A stretch of DNA of 64,000 nt from a virus: the IMG/VR virus record IMGVR_UViG_3300022744_000002, positions 1 through 64,000 of that record; one strand, given 5' to 3'. Below the pieces are notes generated by a model that saw only the letters and a program-made list of their open reading frames with translations, was not told the origin of the DNA and ran no database searches. A program made the position numbers and the translations under genes. Position 1 is the first letter of the stretch, and every line of letters starts with the position of its first letter. This document shows, piece after piece, positions 17,401-25,349 of the stretch.

Positions 17401-19264
17401 TCTGGGCCTACGGCAGAACCCGGACAACCTCCAGGACTTCTACAAGGAGCTGTTCCGCGGCCGTAACACCTCGCAGGGCGCGGTCAACTTCCGTGATGCC
17501 GCGCGGCAGGCGGGGCTGTCGTACGAGGACTTTGCCAGCCTCAACCCCGACCAGCAACAGATCAACGCTGTGCGTCTTCAGCGCGGGAGCATGAGCGCCT
17601 TCGAGCAGAAGGTGCGCGGCACGAACATCGGCACCTACGCCCGGAACACCCAGTCGGTGCTGGACGTCACCGAGGGCACCAAGATCGGCGATGTCGAGGC
17701 GATCGGCAAGGCCGTCACCGGCATGGTTGCCGAGGTCACCAAGGGTGGCCGGGACTTCTCCTCGGTGACGTACGAGTTCCAGAAGCTCAAGCAGTCCATC
17801 AACGACGTCAACGACCCGCTCTACCAGCTCGCTGATGCCGCCCAGCAGATCGCCACCGCTCAGGGGATGGCTGCCGCCAATCGGCGTGGCGGGCCCATCG
17901 CGAGCATTGGCTTCCAGTACAACACCGCGGTCCAGAAGCTCGCCAACATGGCACCTGGGGACGCGGGGATCGGCGCTGCGACGGCAGAGTTGGAGTCGGC
18001 CAAGCAGGCGGCTGAGGATCAGGGCAAGGCCTACCTGCTGGCGATCAACCAGACCAACCTGTCGGTCCAGCGCGCCACCGACGACCATCACCGGCAGATG
18101 CTGCTGGCCCAGCAGGAGTTCGCCCGCAGCATGAAGCGCTCGGTCGAGGACTTCGCCAAGACCTTCTACGACCCCTTTACTCGGGTGTTCAGCCGGGGCA
18201 GCGTGGGGTCCAACGTCCTGATCACCAATCTCAAGGACCAGAACGAGAAGGTCGGCCAGCAGATGAAGAACCTGGCCTACCTGCGCAAGAAGGGGCTGTC
18301 CCAGCAGGCCATCGACACCCTTCAGCTGACCGACCCATCCAAGTGGGCGCAGGTCCAGCGGATGGTGGACGAGGGCGGCGGAGACATCCGGGGCATCAAC
18401 GCCGAGGTGGGCAAGCGCCTGCCGCTGGCCAAGGAGTCCCTGGACTCCCAGCAGAGCACCCGGCGCGCGGTGGAGGACAACAACCGCACCCGCAAGGAGA
18501 CCGAGTTCCAGTTCCGCAAATCCCTGTACCGCACGGCTGAGGACTTCGACCTCTACATGACGGTCATCTCGGGAGACTTCGAGACGACCATGAAGAAGGT
18601 CAACAAGGGGCTCGACACCTTGTCCAACCTGACCGGTACCAACTTCAAGTGGGAGTTCCAGGGTCGGCTGATGGATCTGCTCAAGCTGCCGGACATCGGT
18701 AAGCCTGGGGTCGGCAACGTCACCCCCGCAGCCATGAACGCCCTGCCGGTGGGTGGCAAGGCGCTGTTCTCTCCGGGCATGACGACTCCGCTGGGGGTGG
18801 CCATCTCCCCGCAGGTCATCAAGGGCAGTCAGGGCTACACCGTGCGCGCACCCAGTGGCAAGCAAGTGCGCCTCCCCTACGGCTGGATGAACTGGTCGGC
18901 GGAGGAGAAGCAGCAGTGGTACTGGACCAATGTGGACTCCAGCGAGCAGGAGAAGCCAAAGCCAAAGGTGCCGATTAGGGCAGCTAGCGGAGATGGCTCA
19001 GTGGGAGTGACGGAGCAGGGATCCGCTCACGTCAACTCGGCTATCACCTTCGCCGCAGCTGCCACCGCTGCTCAGGCCAAGCGCTATCGCACCTCGGGAT
19101 ACAACTCCAAGGTCACCTACCAGGGCGATGGGACGACGGTGGTCACCAACCACAACAACACGTTCCAGGTGGCCCAGATCGTCGCGCACGACGTCAACGA
19201 CATGAGCCGACAACTGGCGGCCAAGGCCAAGCAGCAGCGGCAACGACAGGGCGCCAACGCCTGA
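14438..19264 (+). CDS. Tail tape measure protein
   Basis: 1608-aa ORF right after the chaperone pair. Ala/Gly/Gln-rich with hydrophobic Gly/Ala segments (LAGPLLNVAGLIGGLLAPVAAAVGTL). The call rests on size and position. Confidence 0.85.
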   Translation: MADETRTANVQLTANVDQYQQATAQAARSTNVMTDSVNRLVSALDGITKRVGKKLLLFSAADAAAMAAYTALAAKHEKQLSSLSATTAVLGKSNAVYRKGIEDIARQLPVTGEQVTRLITQITKLGVTSERQALAMSKTFINLSAATGENIDSLAQSMIELSRQMGTLNGSDLSGFADSLTTVATKAGVSATGVLQFAQAIAPMARAAGIGQKEVIGIATAFSKAGADGFAAANTFNTMISDITRQVMNGSPQLAKYSNVVGMTVDQFKGLSSADRLVAVFDAVNKAGPDSIRILDRLGFDGIRAAKSIQAVAAEQGGLRAAIEDSVKAFGNGKTQTGAEAAFGGLEDQMVLFRNNLEQIAVAIGEKLVPVATAFMGVMNKTLDVVNQLAGPLLNVAGLIGGLLAPVAAAVGTLMTALGPLSTVMMAMTLFRLSPMRAGLQGIKEGMSASTAAAYGTQYIPTTQAGRHQAGLLGGPLKGYQAAPFAAGQWLGSRLPIGTPGVPNAMGQMALRSGIGAAELAQSWYINPTRQMIANAGMRDPFQRYSATGEALDKAWARSQTIGGSISTALHDPYSFLMSRGGPATEPGAPAAPAFDAKAARDRARAAAESAFRGSGGGDEGVRAARTAYKAEMDAANALRNVTTEAGKAAAATGTHVRTLGEFGTAVRKTAVSAAGIPFAYGRMGAGLAAEGAMKAGGGLLSMLGGMVGLGAPAGAVIAGVGGLAYGLKQSQDESRKNIISDETMLNLTPTNAALGLATESLKGFTYQVRSAERSAGDLKTVTQAMKLTSGEIRKALGGGEPVDQRVKWLDSQESAVAFLKAMGTMSPEAARSLASDMVKQFGREGGQRITDMYLNSGMDKYTQNPAEIARPLYATGVRAQEAGITGFLRMMPGLNRIIPNDSNMEEAVKTAWVASQQNVGDVAAKYGEQPAARKELANVFSLMSEAYKSQDASRYTSTAGDQMQGYKVGSAQIVEQSIKQFESKYGDLGLRQNPDNLQDFYKELFRGRNTSQGAVNFRDAARQAGLSYEDFASLNPDQQQINAVRLQRGSMSAFEQKVRGTNIGTYARNTQSVLDVTEGTKIGDVEAIGKAVTGMVAEVTKGGRDFSSVTYEFQKLKQSINDVNDPLYQLADAAQQIATAQGMAAANRRGGPIASIGFQYNTAVQKLANMAPGDAGIGAATAELESAKQAAEDQGKAYLLAINQTNLSVQRATDDHHRQMLLAQQEFARSMKRSVEDFAKTFYDPFTRVFSRGSVGSNVLITNLKDQNEKVGQQMKNLAYLRKKGLSQQAIDTLQLTDPSKWAQVQRMVDEGGGDIRGINAEVGKRLPLAKESLDSQQSTRRAVEDNNRTRKETEFQFRKSLYRTAEDFDLYMTVISGDFETTMKKVNKGLDTLSNLTGTNFKWEFQGRLMDLLKLPDIGKPGVGNVTPAAMNALPVGGKALFSPGMTTPLGVAISPQVIKGSQGYTVRAPSGKQVRLPYGWMNWSAEEKQQWYWTNVDSSEQEKPKPKVPIRAASGDGSVGVTEQGSAHVNSAITFAAAATAAQAKRYRTSGYNSKVTYQGDGTTVVTNHNNTFQVAQIVAHDVNDMSRQLAAKAKQQRQRQGANA

Positions 19265-19294
19265 CCCCCCCAGAAACGCAAAAAGGTCCGGTTT

Positions 19295-19316
19295 AGCCCT
19301 CCCCGAAGGGAGGGCT
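19295..19316. terminator. 9-bp GC hairpin with CGAA loop between convergent operons
   Basis: AGCCCTCCC-cgaa-GGGAGGGCT, flanked by A-runs on the + strand. Confidence 0.6.
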
Positions 19317-19349
19317 GGCCTGTCAGGGCAAAAAGAAGGGCCGGAGTAA

Positions 19350-19375
19350 GGGGCCAGCCCCGAAGGACTGGCCCC
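19350..19375. terminator. Second hairpin between convergent operons
   Basis: GGGGCCAG...CTGGCCCC 8-bp stem around a CCGAAGG-containing loop. Confidence 0.5.
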
Positions 19376-19381
19376 ACCCGA

Positions 19382-19591
19382 TTACTTGATTTTCGTGATG
19401 TGTGCGTGCTTCGGGCAGAAATCGAGCGGTCCGTCATATCGATGGATCAGATGACCATCTGGCCATGCAACCACCCAGCCTTGCTCCTTCAGCTTCGCCC
19501 GGACAGCCGCTGCTGTTTTGTCATGAGGAGACTCGCCAAGTGCCATGCACTTATCTTCGTCACACGCGATAGCGATCCAGTGGATGATCAT
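19382..19591 (-). CDS. Small hypothetical protein (69 aa, Cys/His-containing)
   Basis: Internal ATG at 19591 chosen because it makes an ATGA overlap with the upstream ORF. The longer N-terminus in the track is Arg/Pro-rich filler. Confidence 0.55.
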   Translation of the reverse strand: MIIHWIAIACDEDKCMALGESPHDKTAAAVRAKLKEQGWVVAWPDGHLIHRYDGPLDFCPKHAHITKIK

Positions 19592-19725
19592 CCGACATCT
19601 GAGCAGTGGTGCTCGCCGTTCTCGTCGAACGCCACGATGCGGCACTCGCACTCCGCAGGGATGCCGAACAGGACGTTGATGAGGTCGCGCTCGTAGGTCT
19701 CGCCGACCTTGAGGTACTCCTCCAT
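19588..19725 (-). CDS. Small hypothetical protein (45 aa)
   Basis: ATG at 19725 is preceded by GGAAGGAGG. Overlaps both neighbours. Confidence 0.5.
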   Translation of the reverse strand: MEEYLKVGETYERDLINVLFGIPAECECRIVAFDENGEHHCSDVG

Positions 19726-19976
19726 CAGTCCTCCTTCCACTGGTGGCGCTGGCCGCTGTGACGCGGGCCACGCTGGCAGCGGACCTTGACCCCGTTGATG
19801 GTCCTGGTCTTGGTGCACTGCTGGCGCTTGCGTGCGGGCTGCTCCTCGCTGATCAGCTCGATGACGTCGTCAGCCAGGTCCTCGGCCCACGAAGTGCCGG
19901 GGACCCGTGCCAACAACGCGTAGACATCCGGTACCCGGGAGACCGGGACCGGCATCATCACGTAGAACTCGCTCAT
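19725..19976 (-). CDS. Small hypothetical protein (83 aa) with basic C-terminus
   Basis: Internal ATG at 19976 (MSEFYVMMPV...). Tight packing with neighbours. Confidence 0.55.
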   Translation of the reverse strand: MSEFYVMMPVPVSRVPDVYALLARVPGTSWAEDLADDVIELISEEQPARKRQQCTKTRTINGVKVRCQRGPRHSGQRHQWKED

Positions 19977-20122
19977 TTGCTCTCCCTCGTGTCGGGCTTC
20001 GGCGGTGCCGAGGCCGGTTTCTCCTTGCCGCCGCCCAGCGTGGGCAGCCCTTCGGTCTTGCTCCCGCCTTTGGGTACCGGGTGGGGGTGGTGCGGCTGAC
20101 TTGTCCACACGGACTTGCTCAT
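19973..20122 (-). CDS. Small hypothetical Pro/Gly/Lys-rich protein (49 aa)
   Basis: ATG at 20122 is preceded by GGAGG. ATGA overlap downstream. Confidence 0.45.
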   Translation of the reverse strand: MSKSVWTSQPHHPHPVPKGGSKTEGLPTLGGGKEKPASAPPKPDTRESK

Positions 20123-20313
20123 CGATCCTCCATGCTGAATCCGTAGGCCATGACGACCTCGGGGTTGATGACCGAGCCGTAGCAGCACTTGCAGTACAGC
20201 CCGGAGCCGTCTCCCCAGAAGGAGACCGGCGCATGGCAGCATGCGCTGATCTCCTCGGGGCTGGTGGTTGTCTCGGTGTAGGCGTCGTACCCGTGTGGGC
20301 AGGGGCTAGGCAT
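20119..20313 (-). CDS. Small Cys-rich protein (64 aa)
   Basis: MPSPCPHGY...ACCHAPVSFWGDGSGLYCKCCYG. Start and stop overlaps with both neighbours. Confidence 0.55.
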   Translation of the reverse strand: MPSPCPHGYDAYTETTTSPEEISACCHAPVSFWGDGSGLYCKCCYGSVINPEVVMAYGFSMEDR

Positions 20314-20504
20314 CACGCCGCCTTGTGGATGAGGTCGTTGATGCACACGTAGTCGCGCGACTCCCCGTCTTTCCACGGCTTGCCGCAGACAGCGCATCCC
20401 TTGTAGCCACCAGGACCGCTGCACCTGTCGTGGACGTAGCCCGTGTCCTTCGGCTTCTCCTCCAGGCACTTGGCGCAGAACTCGTACTCCCTGCGATTGC
20501 TCAT
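20313..20504 (-). CDS. Small zinc-ribbon-like protein (63 aa)
   Basis: CAKC ... CAVC pairs. ATGA-type overlaps. Confidence 0.6.
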   Translation of the reverse strand: MSNRREYEFCAKCLEEKPKDTGYVHDRCSGPGGYKGCAVCGKPWKDGESRDYVCINDLIHKAA

Positions 20505-21250
20505 GGCTTCTCCTTATGTCCTCTGTCCGCGCACTCGCACGTCCAGGTCTTGCCCTCGTACGAGCCAGTTGGCTTGCACTCGCTGTGATGGCCGGTGATA
20601 CACCATCCGCAGGTGGTCAAGATGGCCTCCTTGGCTGCGCCTTCCTCGCGCAGGTCGTCGATGTCCTCCCACGCAGCCGGCGCTGGCCAGCCCCGTGCGA
20701 TGGCGTGGTTAACGGCCCGGATGGACGGGCCGCGGGTGCCGGAGAGCTCCTCGTACAGCGCCCTGATGTCGGACGCCGTCTTCTGGGTCACGAACAGCCT
20801 GCGGCCGTTGGTGATGCCAGAGAGGTTAGCCACCGACCACCCCAGCCGCTCCGCGAGAAGGGACTGGGTCCAGCCGATGGCCACGAGGGCCTGTAGGCGC
20901 CGCTGAGAGCCCAGGATGGGCACCAGCGAGTGTGGAGCCAGCGTGTCCGCCTGGACCCGCAGGAGGGCCTCCTGAGTCGCGGGAGTGACCCTCTTGGCGG
21001 GCTTGCTCTTATCCAGACCGAGCAGGCGGGCAACGATGGTCTGGGAGACGCCAGAGCGCCGGGCAATCTCCCGGCGCCCCAGCCCCTCCATCTGCAGGCC
21101 CATGACGTGGGCACGGGACGGGCCTGCATCGACCAGATTGGGCTTCCACCCGCACCTGGCCGTGGCGTTGACGTACTCCCGGTTGGCCTTGCGACAGGGC
21201 TCGCACTTGCAGCCGCCCTTGTAGCAGGACCTCGTCCCGTGCTGGCGCAT
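20501..21250 (-). CDS. Helix-turn-helix DNA-binding protein with Cys-rich N- and C-termini
   Basis: N-terminal GTRSCYKGGCKCEPCRKANREY motif common in actinophage HTH proteins. HTH-like GRREIARRSGVSQTIVARLLG. The internal ATG at 21250 overlaps the upstream stop. Confidence 0.65.
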   Translation of the reverse strand: MRQHGTRSCYKGGCKCEPCRKANREYVNATARCGWKPNLVDAGPSRAHVMGLQMEGLGRREIARRSGVSQTIVARLLGLDKSKPAKRVTPATQEALLRVQADTLAPHSLVPILGSQRRLQALVAIGWTQSLLAERLGWSVANLSGITNGRRLFVTQKTASDIRALYEELSGTRGPSIRAVNHAIARGWPAPAAWEDIDDLREEGAAKEAILTTCGWCITGHHSECKPTGSYEGKTWTCECADRGHKEKP

Positions 21251-21588
21251 CAGTTCACCAGCTCCCACTCGAACGCGATGGTGCCGAGCATCTGCTCCTG
21301 CTCCTCGATCGCGTCCTCCTCGGTCCGGCCCTCGGTGATGAGCTTGACCATGTAGTTCCGCTCCACCGTGACCATCTCGGGCGGGTCGGTGGCGAGTACG
21401 CCGTCCTGTCTGAATCCGCTCATTCCTGGCATCCCTTCTGCCTCGTACTCGTGGACCAGAGCCCAGTACTGCTTCTCGGTCCACTCCTCGGGTTGTGGGC
21501 CATGCCGCTGCACGACCCACTGCACGAACGCCGGCACCGTGATGGCCGACGCACGCACGTTGATGACGTCGAAGTTCTGCTCGCTCAT
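21250..21588 (-). CDS. Hypothetical acidic protein (112 aa)
   Basis: ATG at 21588 is preceded by GGAGGAG. The track N-terminal extension is Arg/Gly/Pro-rich. Confidence 0.55.
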   Translation of the reverse strand: MSEQNFDVINVRASAITVPAFVQWVVQRHGPQPEEWTEKQYWALVHEYEAEGMPGMSGFRQDGVLATDPPEMVTVERNYMVKLITEGRTEEDAIEEQEQMLGTIAFEWELVN

Positions 21589-21671
21589 GCGAACTCCTCC
21601 GGTGGCTCCTCGGGGTCCTCGATGCTCATGAGGACCTCTTCGCTGTAGCTGATGAGGTACTGGGGCTCCAT
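21585..21671 (-). CDS. Very small acidic ORF (28 aa, MEPQYLISYSEEVLMSIEDPEEPPEEFA)
   Basis: Fills the gap exactly, with a start/stop overlap to both neighbours. Too short for the ORF track. Confidence 0.3.
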   Translation of the reverse strand: MEPQYLISYSEEVLMSIEDPEEPPEEFA

Positions 21672-22039
21672 CAGATGCTCGCCTTCGACCAGTACATCCG
21701 GATCTCGTCCTCTTCGACGATGACGGCCAGATGCGTGGCGCCTGTCGGGCTCTCATGGGGCTGGGGCAGCTCGTCGCAGAAGTCGTCCCCGCCTACAGCA
21801 GCGCGGGAGGCGTCCCAGATCTCGGAGAACTTCTCCATGTCGTCCTTGGGCGAGACCTCCTCGTCCAGGTAGAACCCGTCCTCGAGGTACCCGCAGGCCA
21901 TATCGAGTGGCCCATCGGGGTTCTTGGTGGCGTCCCAGCAGATGAGGTAGACCCCGGTGTCCTTGGCGATGGACACCGTGACACCGTGGCTCCACATCCG
22001 CTCGACGTCGTCCTTCTTGAACAGCACAGGCTCAGGCAT
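21671..22039 (-). CDS. Hypothetical protein (122 aa)
   Basis: Internal ATG at 22039 (MPEPVLFKKDD...) overlaps the stop of the upstream ORF by 8 nt. Confidence 0.55.
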   Translation of the reverse strand: MPEPVLFKKDDVERMWSHGVTVSIAKDTGVYLICWDATKNPDGPLDMACGYLEDGFYLDEEVSPKDDMEKFSEIWDASRAAVGGDDFCDELPQPHESPTGATHLAVIVEEDEIRMYWSKASI

Positions 22040-22658
22040 GCTCGGCCTCCATCGTGTCGATGTACGTCTCGACGTTCTTGGCCCAGTCGAAGATCTCCTC
22101 GTCGGACCACGTCGAGAAGGAGTAGAACGGCATGAGGGCGATGCGCGTGATCCCGTAGTACCCGTCGCGCAGGACGTCGGGGTGCTTCGCCCACAGGCCG
22201 TACTTCGGGGGCTCGTTGCGGAACCCCCGGTAGACCTCGAAGCAGTCGGCATCGAGGTCGATGTTGTAGCCCCACTCGCAGAACAGCGAGTCGAACCCGA
22301 AGGCCGGTAGACCGGTCTCAGGATCGTTCTCGGTGAGCATGTAGCCCGCGTCGAGGATGGCGGGCAGGCTGCCCTGCGTCTCCCGCAGCAGGCAGTACCA
22401 GTCATCGAGTGACTGGTTGCCCACGCTGAGGTTTGTGAACCGACGCAGGTTGGCCTTGTCCACGTCCGTGGGCGGGGTCTTGCCGTCGATGCACTTGAGG
22501 TTACGTACCCGGTTGGCCAGGGCGTCTCGACCGTCCAGCGCGTTGCGGATGAACGTCAGCGTCGTGACTCCCAGCTCGGTGGGGTAGGAGTCGTGATGGT
22601 TGTACGTCATCTTGGGCACATCGTCCACGGTGAACCCGACCAGCCCCCTAGTGCTCAT
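22032..22658 (-). CDS. Hypothetical protein (208 aa)
   Basis: Clean ORF with normal amino-acid composition. No motif recognised. Confidence 0.6.
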   Translation of the reverse strand: MSTRGLVGFTVDDVPKMTYNHHDSYPTELGVTTLTFIRNALDGRDALANRVRNLKCIDGKTPPTDVDKANLRRFTNLSVGNQSLDDWYCLLRETQGSLPAILDAGYMLTENDPETGLPAFGFDSLFCEWGYNIDLDADCFEVYRGFRNEPPKYGLWAKHPDVLRDGYYGITRIALMPFYSFSTWSDEEIFDWAKNVETYIDTMEAEHA

Positions 22659-22815
22659 GGCTTCCCTCCGCCATGTCGCGGGCCATCGAGTCCAGCGTGG
22701 CGGTCACGCGGTCCATGGCCTTGGTGAGGTCATCCGCCTTGCGGATGAGGACCTCGATGATCTGGGATTGCTTGTTGACCGTGTTGATGAGCTTGGTGAT
22801 GTCGTAGTCGCTCAT
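22648..22815 (-). CDS. Small helical hypothetical protein (55 aa)
   Basis: MSDYDITKLINTVNKQSQIIEVLIRKADDL... GGAGGAG RBS. ATGA overlap with the upstream ORF. Below the track length cutoff. Confidence 0.5.
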   Translation of the reverse strand: MSDYDITKLINTVNKQSQIIEVLIRKADDLTKAMDRVTATLDSMARDMAEGSHEH

Positions 22816-23060
22816 GTGGTGCTCTCCTCCGTGTAGTTGGGATCCAGCCCCACGAACTCGTACTCGGCTCCCCGGACGACGTGGGTCATCTCAGCTCGCT
22901 GCTCGTCGGTGATCTCCGAGCAGCGGATTTGCTTGTAGAGCAGCCCGGAGAAGGTGACTTCTTCAGGCGGGGGCCATTCCAGGCCTAGCGTGACCAGCGG
23001 GATGTTGACGTCGCCGGCCACCAGCGTGGGCAGCCGGACGAAGTCGTCGTCGTAGGTCAT
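22812..23060 (-). CDS. Hypothetical protein (82 aa)
   Basis: ORF track. Overlapping start and stop codons with neighbours. Confidence 0.55.
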   Translation of the reverse strand: MTYDDDFVRLPTLVAGDVNIPLVTLGLEWPPPEEVTFSGLLYKQIRCSEITDEQRAEMTHVVRGAEYEFVGLDPNYTEESTT

Positions 23061-23311
23061 GTGGTGCTCCCTCCACGTGCTTGGTAGTCAGCGATGGCAG
23101 CGCTGAGGCTGATGAAGTAGTGCCCGGTGTGGCAGTTCCATTCCTCGGCCAGCTCGCTCTGGCGCGATACTGACCAAGTGACGAATGGGTCAGGGGATTC
23201 GGGCCAGACGAACAGCCCCACCCCCTCGGTAGGACGTCGGATGGACCACGTCACGGACAGGCACATGGCCCCGTTGGGCATGGTCCACCCGATCTCTGAC
23301 AGTGGCTTCAT
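23057..23311 (-). CDS. Hypothetical protein (84 aa)
   Basis: ORF track. Preceded by a hairpin and an AGGGAGA RBS. Confidence 0.55.
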   Translation of the reverse strand: MKPLSEIGWTMPNGAMCLSVTWSIRRPTEGVGLFVWPESPDPFVTWSVSRQSELAEEWNCHTGHYFISLSAAIADYQARGGSTT

Positions 23312-23330
23312 GTGTCTCCCTTCTTAGGCA

Positions 23331-23354
23331 AGGGCGGGGACCGAAGCCCCCGCC
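23331..23354 (-). terminator. GC hairpin between 23362 and 23311 genes
   Basis: GGGCGGGG-accgaagc-CCCCGCCC. Confidence 0.4.
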
Positions 23355-23361
23355 CCAGTGG

Positions 23362-24057
23362 CTAGTACTCGCGGATCGACGTGTTGTCGAACCCGTTGTT
23401 GGTGACCTCCGAGTACAGCTTCTCGGAGACGAACTCGTCGGGGTCGGTGAACTCGTCCCCGTCCGAGTCTCGCCAGTTCTCCGTGTCGGTGAGGTCGTCG
23501 CCCTCGTACACGTAGACATCGGCGTAGGTGTAGACGGTGCCTTCGATCCGGACTCGCCTGGACACGAGCACCTTTCGCAGGGGCAGCTGCACCCCATAGC
23601 GACGGCTGAGGATGCCGTTCAGGTTCTCCACCTCGTCGTCGTAGGTGGAGCAGTAGCCGTGGTTGGTGGCCACCTCGATGAGGTGCTCACCGATAGCTGT
23701 GGTGACGTCCTGCGGCTTGTCCAGCAGGTCGCGGACCTGCTGGCGGAAGGTCTCCAGCTGGGCCGTGAGGTCCTTGATCTGCTGGTCCCGAGGATCGGCT
23801 GGCTCGGTGTCCTCCAAGACCTCCCACTGCTCGAAGTACCACGTGGTGTCGATGAAGTCAGTAGACCCCTCGCTGTACTTGTAGCGGAAGTTGCCCGTGG
23901 GCAGGCCACGATGATCCCCGTCCACGGAGATCACGGTCGTCTCCAGTGACTCGATGATGTGGCCCATAGCATCCCCACCTTCAAGGATTCCGGGGATCTC
24001 GATCGCGCGGACGCGCTTGCCGACCAACGTCTGGTCGGCGATTGTTGCGGTGCTCAT
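23362..24057 (-). CDS. Hypothetical protein (231 aa)
   Basis: Clean ORF with an acidic C-terminal part. No motif recognised. Confidence 0.6.
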   Translation of the reverse strand: MSTATIADQTLVGKRVRAIEIPGILEGGDAMGHIIESLETTVISVDGDHRGLPTGNFRYKYSEGSTDFIDTTWYFEQWEVLEDTEPADPRDQQIKDLTAQLETFRQQVRDLLDKPQDVTTAIGEHLIEVATNHGYCSTYDDEVENLNGILSRRYGVQLPLRKVLVSRRVRIEGTVYTYADVYVYEGDDLTDTENWRDSDGDEFTDPDEFVSEKLYSEVTNNGFDNTSIREY

Positions 24058-24080
24058 AAGTGCTCCCTCTCATGGGTAAC

Positions 24081-24121
24081 GAAAATGGGTGAGGCCCCCG
24101 GCATGATGAACCGGGGGCCTC
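24081..24121 (-). terminator. Intrinsic terminator downstream of the transglycosylase-like gene
   Basis: 11-bp stem GAGGCCCCCGG/CCGGGGGCCTC followed on the minus strand by ACCCATTTTC. Confidence 0.6.
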
Positions 24122-24145
24122 GTGGGCGATCTGTGTTGCTCGTTC

Positions 24146-24502
24146 CTAGGTGCCATTTCCGCAGTGGGTGCCACGCCAATTACCGTGGCCGTGCCACTTG
24201 ACCGCTAGCAGGGCTACTTCCCACTGCACGGACGCAGGGGCGTGGCTCGCGTGTCGGTACTTCCTCGCGCCCGGGACATGGGCGGCATAGTGCCTCCAGG
24301 TCCCATCAATCATCTGGAAAATCCCGCTCGCAGTGGATCGTGGATTTTCCGCCTTTGTCGGGTTCTTGGTATTACCCGACTCGTGATGAGCGACACAGCG
24401 CAAAAACGAAACCGCAGCCGATGGCGCTGAGCGCGAGGGCTGCGGTATCCGGTCTGCGCTGGGTAGCGCGAGGGCGGCTGTCATCATCAGAGCGTCTAGC
24501 AC
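24146..24502 (-). CDS. SLT/Rpf-like lytic transglycosylase domain protein with weakly hydrophobic N-terminus
   Basis: CVAHHESGN...ASGIFQMIDGTW matches the catalytic Glu-Ser ... G-[LIF]-xQ ... W pattern of transglycosylase-like domains. N-terminal LDALMMTAALALPSA. Confidence 0.65.
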   Translation of the reverse strand: MLDALMMTAALALPSADRIPQPSRSAPSAAVSFLRCVAHHESGNTKNPTKAENPRSTASGIFQMIDGTWRHYAAHVPGARKYRHASHAPASVQWEVALLAVKWHGHGNWRGTHCGNGT

Positions 24503-24520
24503 ATGCTCGTCCTTCCTTGC

Positions 24521-24551
24521 GGCAATAAGAACTGCGGGGACTGGTCCCCGC
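24521..24551 (-). terminator. Hairpin plus T-rich tract upstream of the transglycosylase-like gene
   Basis: GCGGGGA-ctgg-TCCCCGC followed on the minus strand by AGTTCTTATTGCC. Confidence 0.5.
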
Positions 24552-24571
24552 CATACCCCGAAGGGTGCCCT

Positions 24572-24805
24572 CTACTCGAGGGACTCGCCTGCAACCTTGA
24601 AGTTGTTCCAGGCAGATCTAGGGTAGGACGCATCCCGCTCGCGTTGCTCAGCGAGAACGCGACGGGCCCGCTCTTCCTCGTACTTGGTCCGCCACTCGAA
24701 GGACTGCTTCGAGCCCTTGTCCATGCCGATCCAGTAGCAGACGAACCCGGTCGCGAAGCCGACGACGCCCATGGCGAACCACAGGAACTGCATGGAGACG
24801 GTCAT
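24572..24805 (-). CDS. Small membrane protein (77 aa, one TM helix, charged C-terminus)
   Basis: The internal ATG at 24805 makes an ATGA overlap with the upstream ORF. FLWFAMGVVGFATGFVCYWIG hydrophobic segment. Confidence 0.55.
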   Translation of the reverse strand: MTVSMQFLWFAMGVVGFATGFVCYWIGMDKGSKQSFEWRTKYEEERARRVLAEQRERDASYPRSAWNNFKVAGESLE

Positions 24806-25329
24806 CTCGGGATCCCATTCCGATCGCGCCACTGGGCGATCCACTGATTGAACAGGCTAACGAAATGCGGGTCGTGTTGCAGCGCGTCGATGCGGCACTC
24901 AGCCGTGGCCATCGCCCCGAACTCCTCGCGGGTGATCTCCATGAGGTTGAGTGCGTGCCAGTCGTGCGGGTCACCGCTCTCAACTGGCCACCCAGTGGCA
25001 TCGACACCACCGGGTGGGTTGTAGTGGCCGTCCCATGCCTCGCAGGGGAGCATGCCGCGTTTGACACTGCCGTGCTCCCCGAACCAGATGGGGGCCTCCT
25101 CGGGGTACTTGCCCCCGAGGATCTGCTCCTCGCTCAGCACGTGGATGATCGCCAGCAGGCGCTGGTGGGGGAAGCCGTCCAAGCAGAAGGCGAAGTGCTC
25201 CAGGCCGTCGCACATGTTGCGCTGGCCTTCGTTCAGTGCTGCTAGGGCGTCCTTGGCGTTCCGTCGCTCGAAGGCGAACATCTCCTCGAGGCTGTCGAAC
25301 CCCACGACGCCGTCGCCGTAGTCCTTCAT
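24802..25329 (-). CDS. Hypothetical protein (175 aa)
   Basis: ATG at 25329 (MKDYGDG...) follows GGGAGA. The track start at 25353 is a TTG alternative. Confidence 0.55.
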   Translation of the reverse strand: MKDYGDGVVGFDSLEEMFAFERRNAKDALAALNEGQRNMCDGLEHFAFCLDGFPHQRLLAIIHVLSEEQILGGKYPEEAPIWFGEHGSVKRGMLPCEAWDGHYNPPGGVDATGWPVESGDPHDWHALNLMEITREEFGAMATAECRIDALQHDPHFVSLFNQWIAQWRDRNGIPR

Positions 25330-25349
25330 GATCGTCTCCCTCTCGTTAA

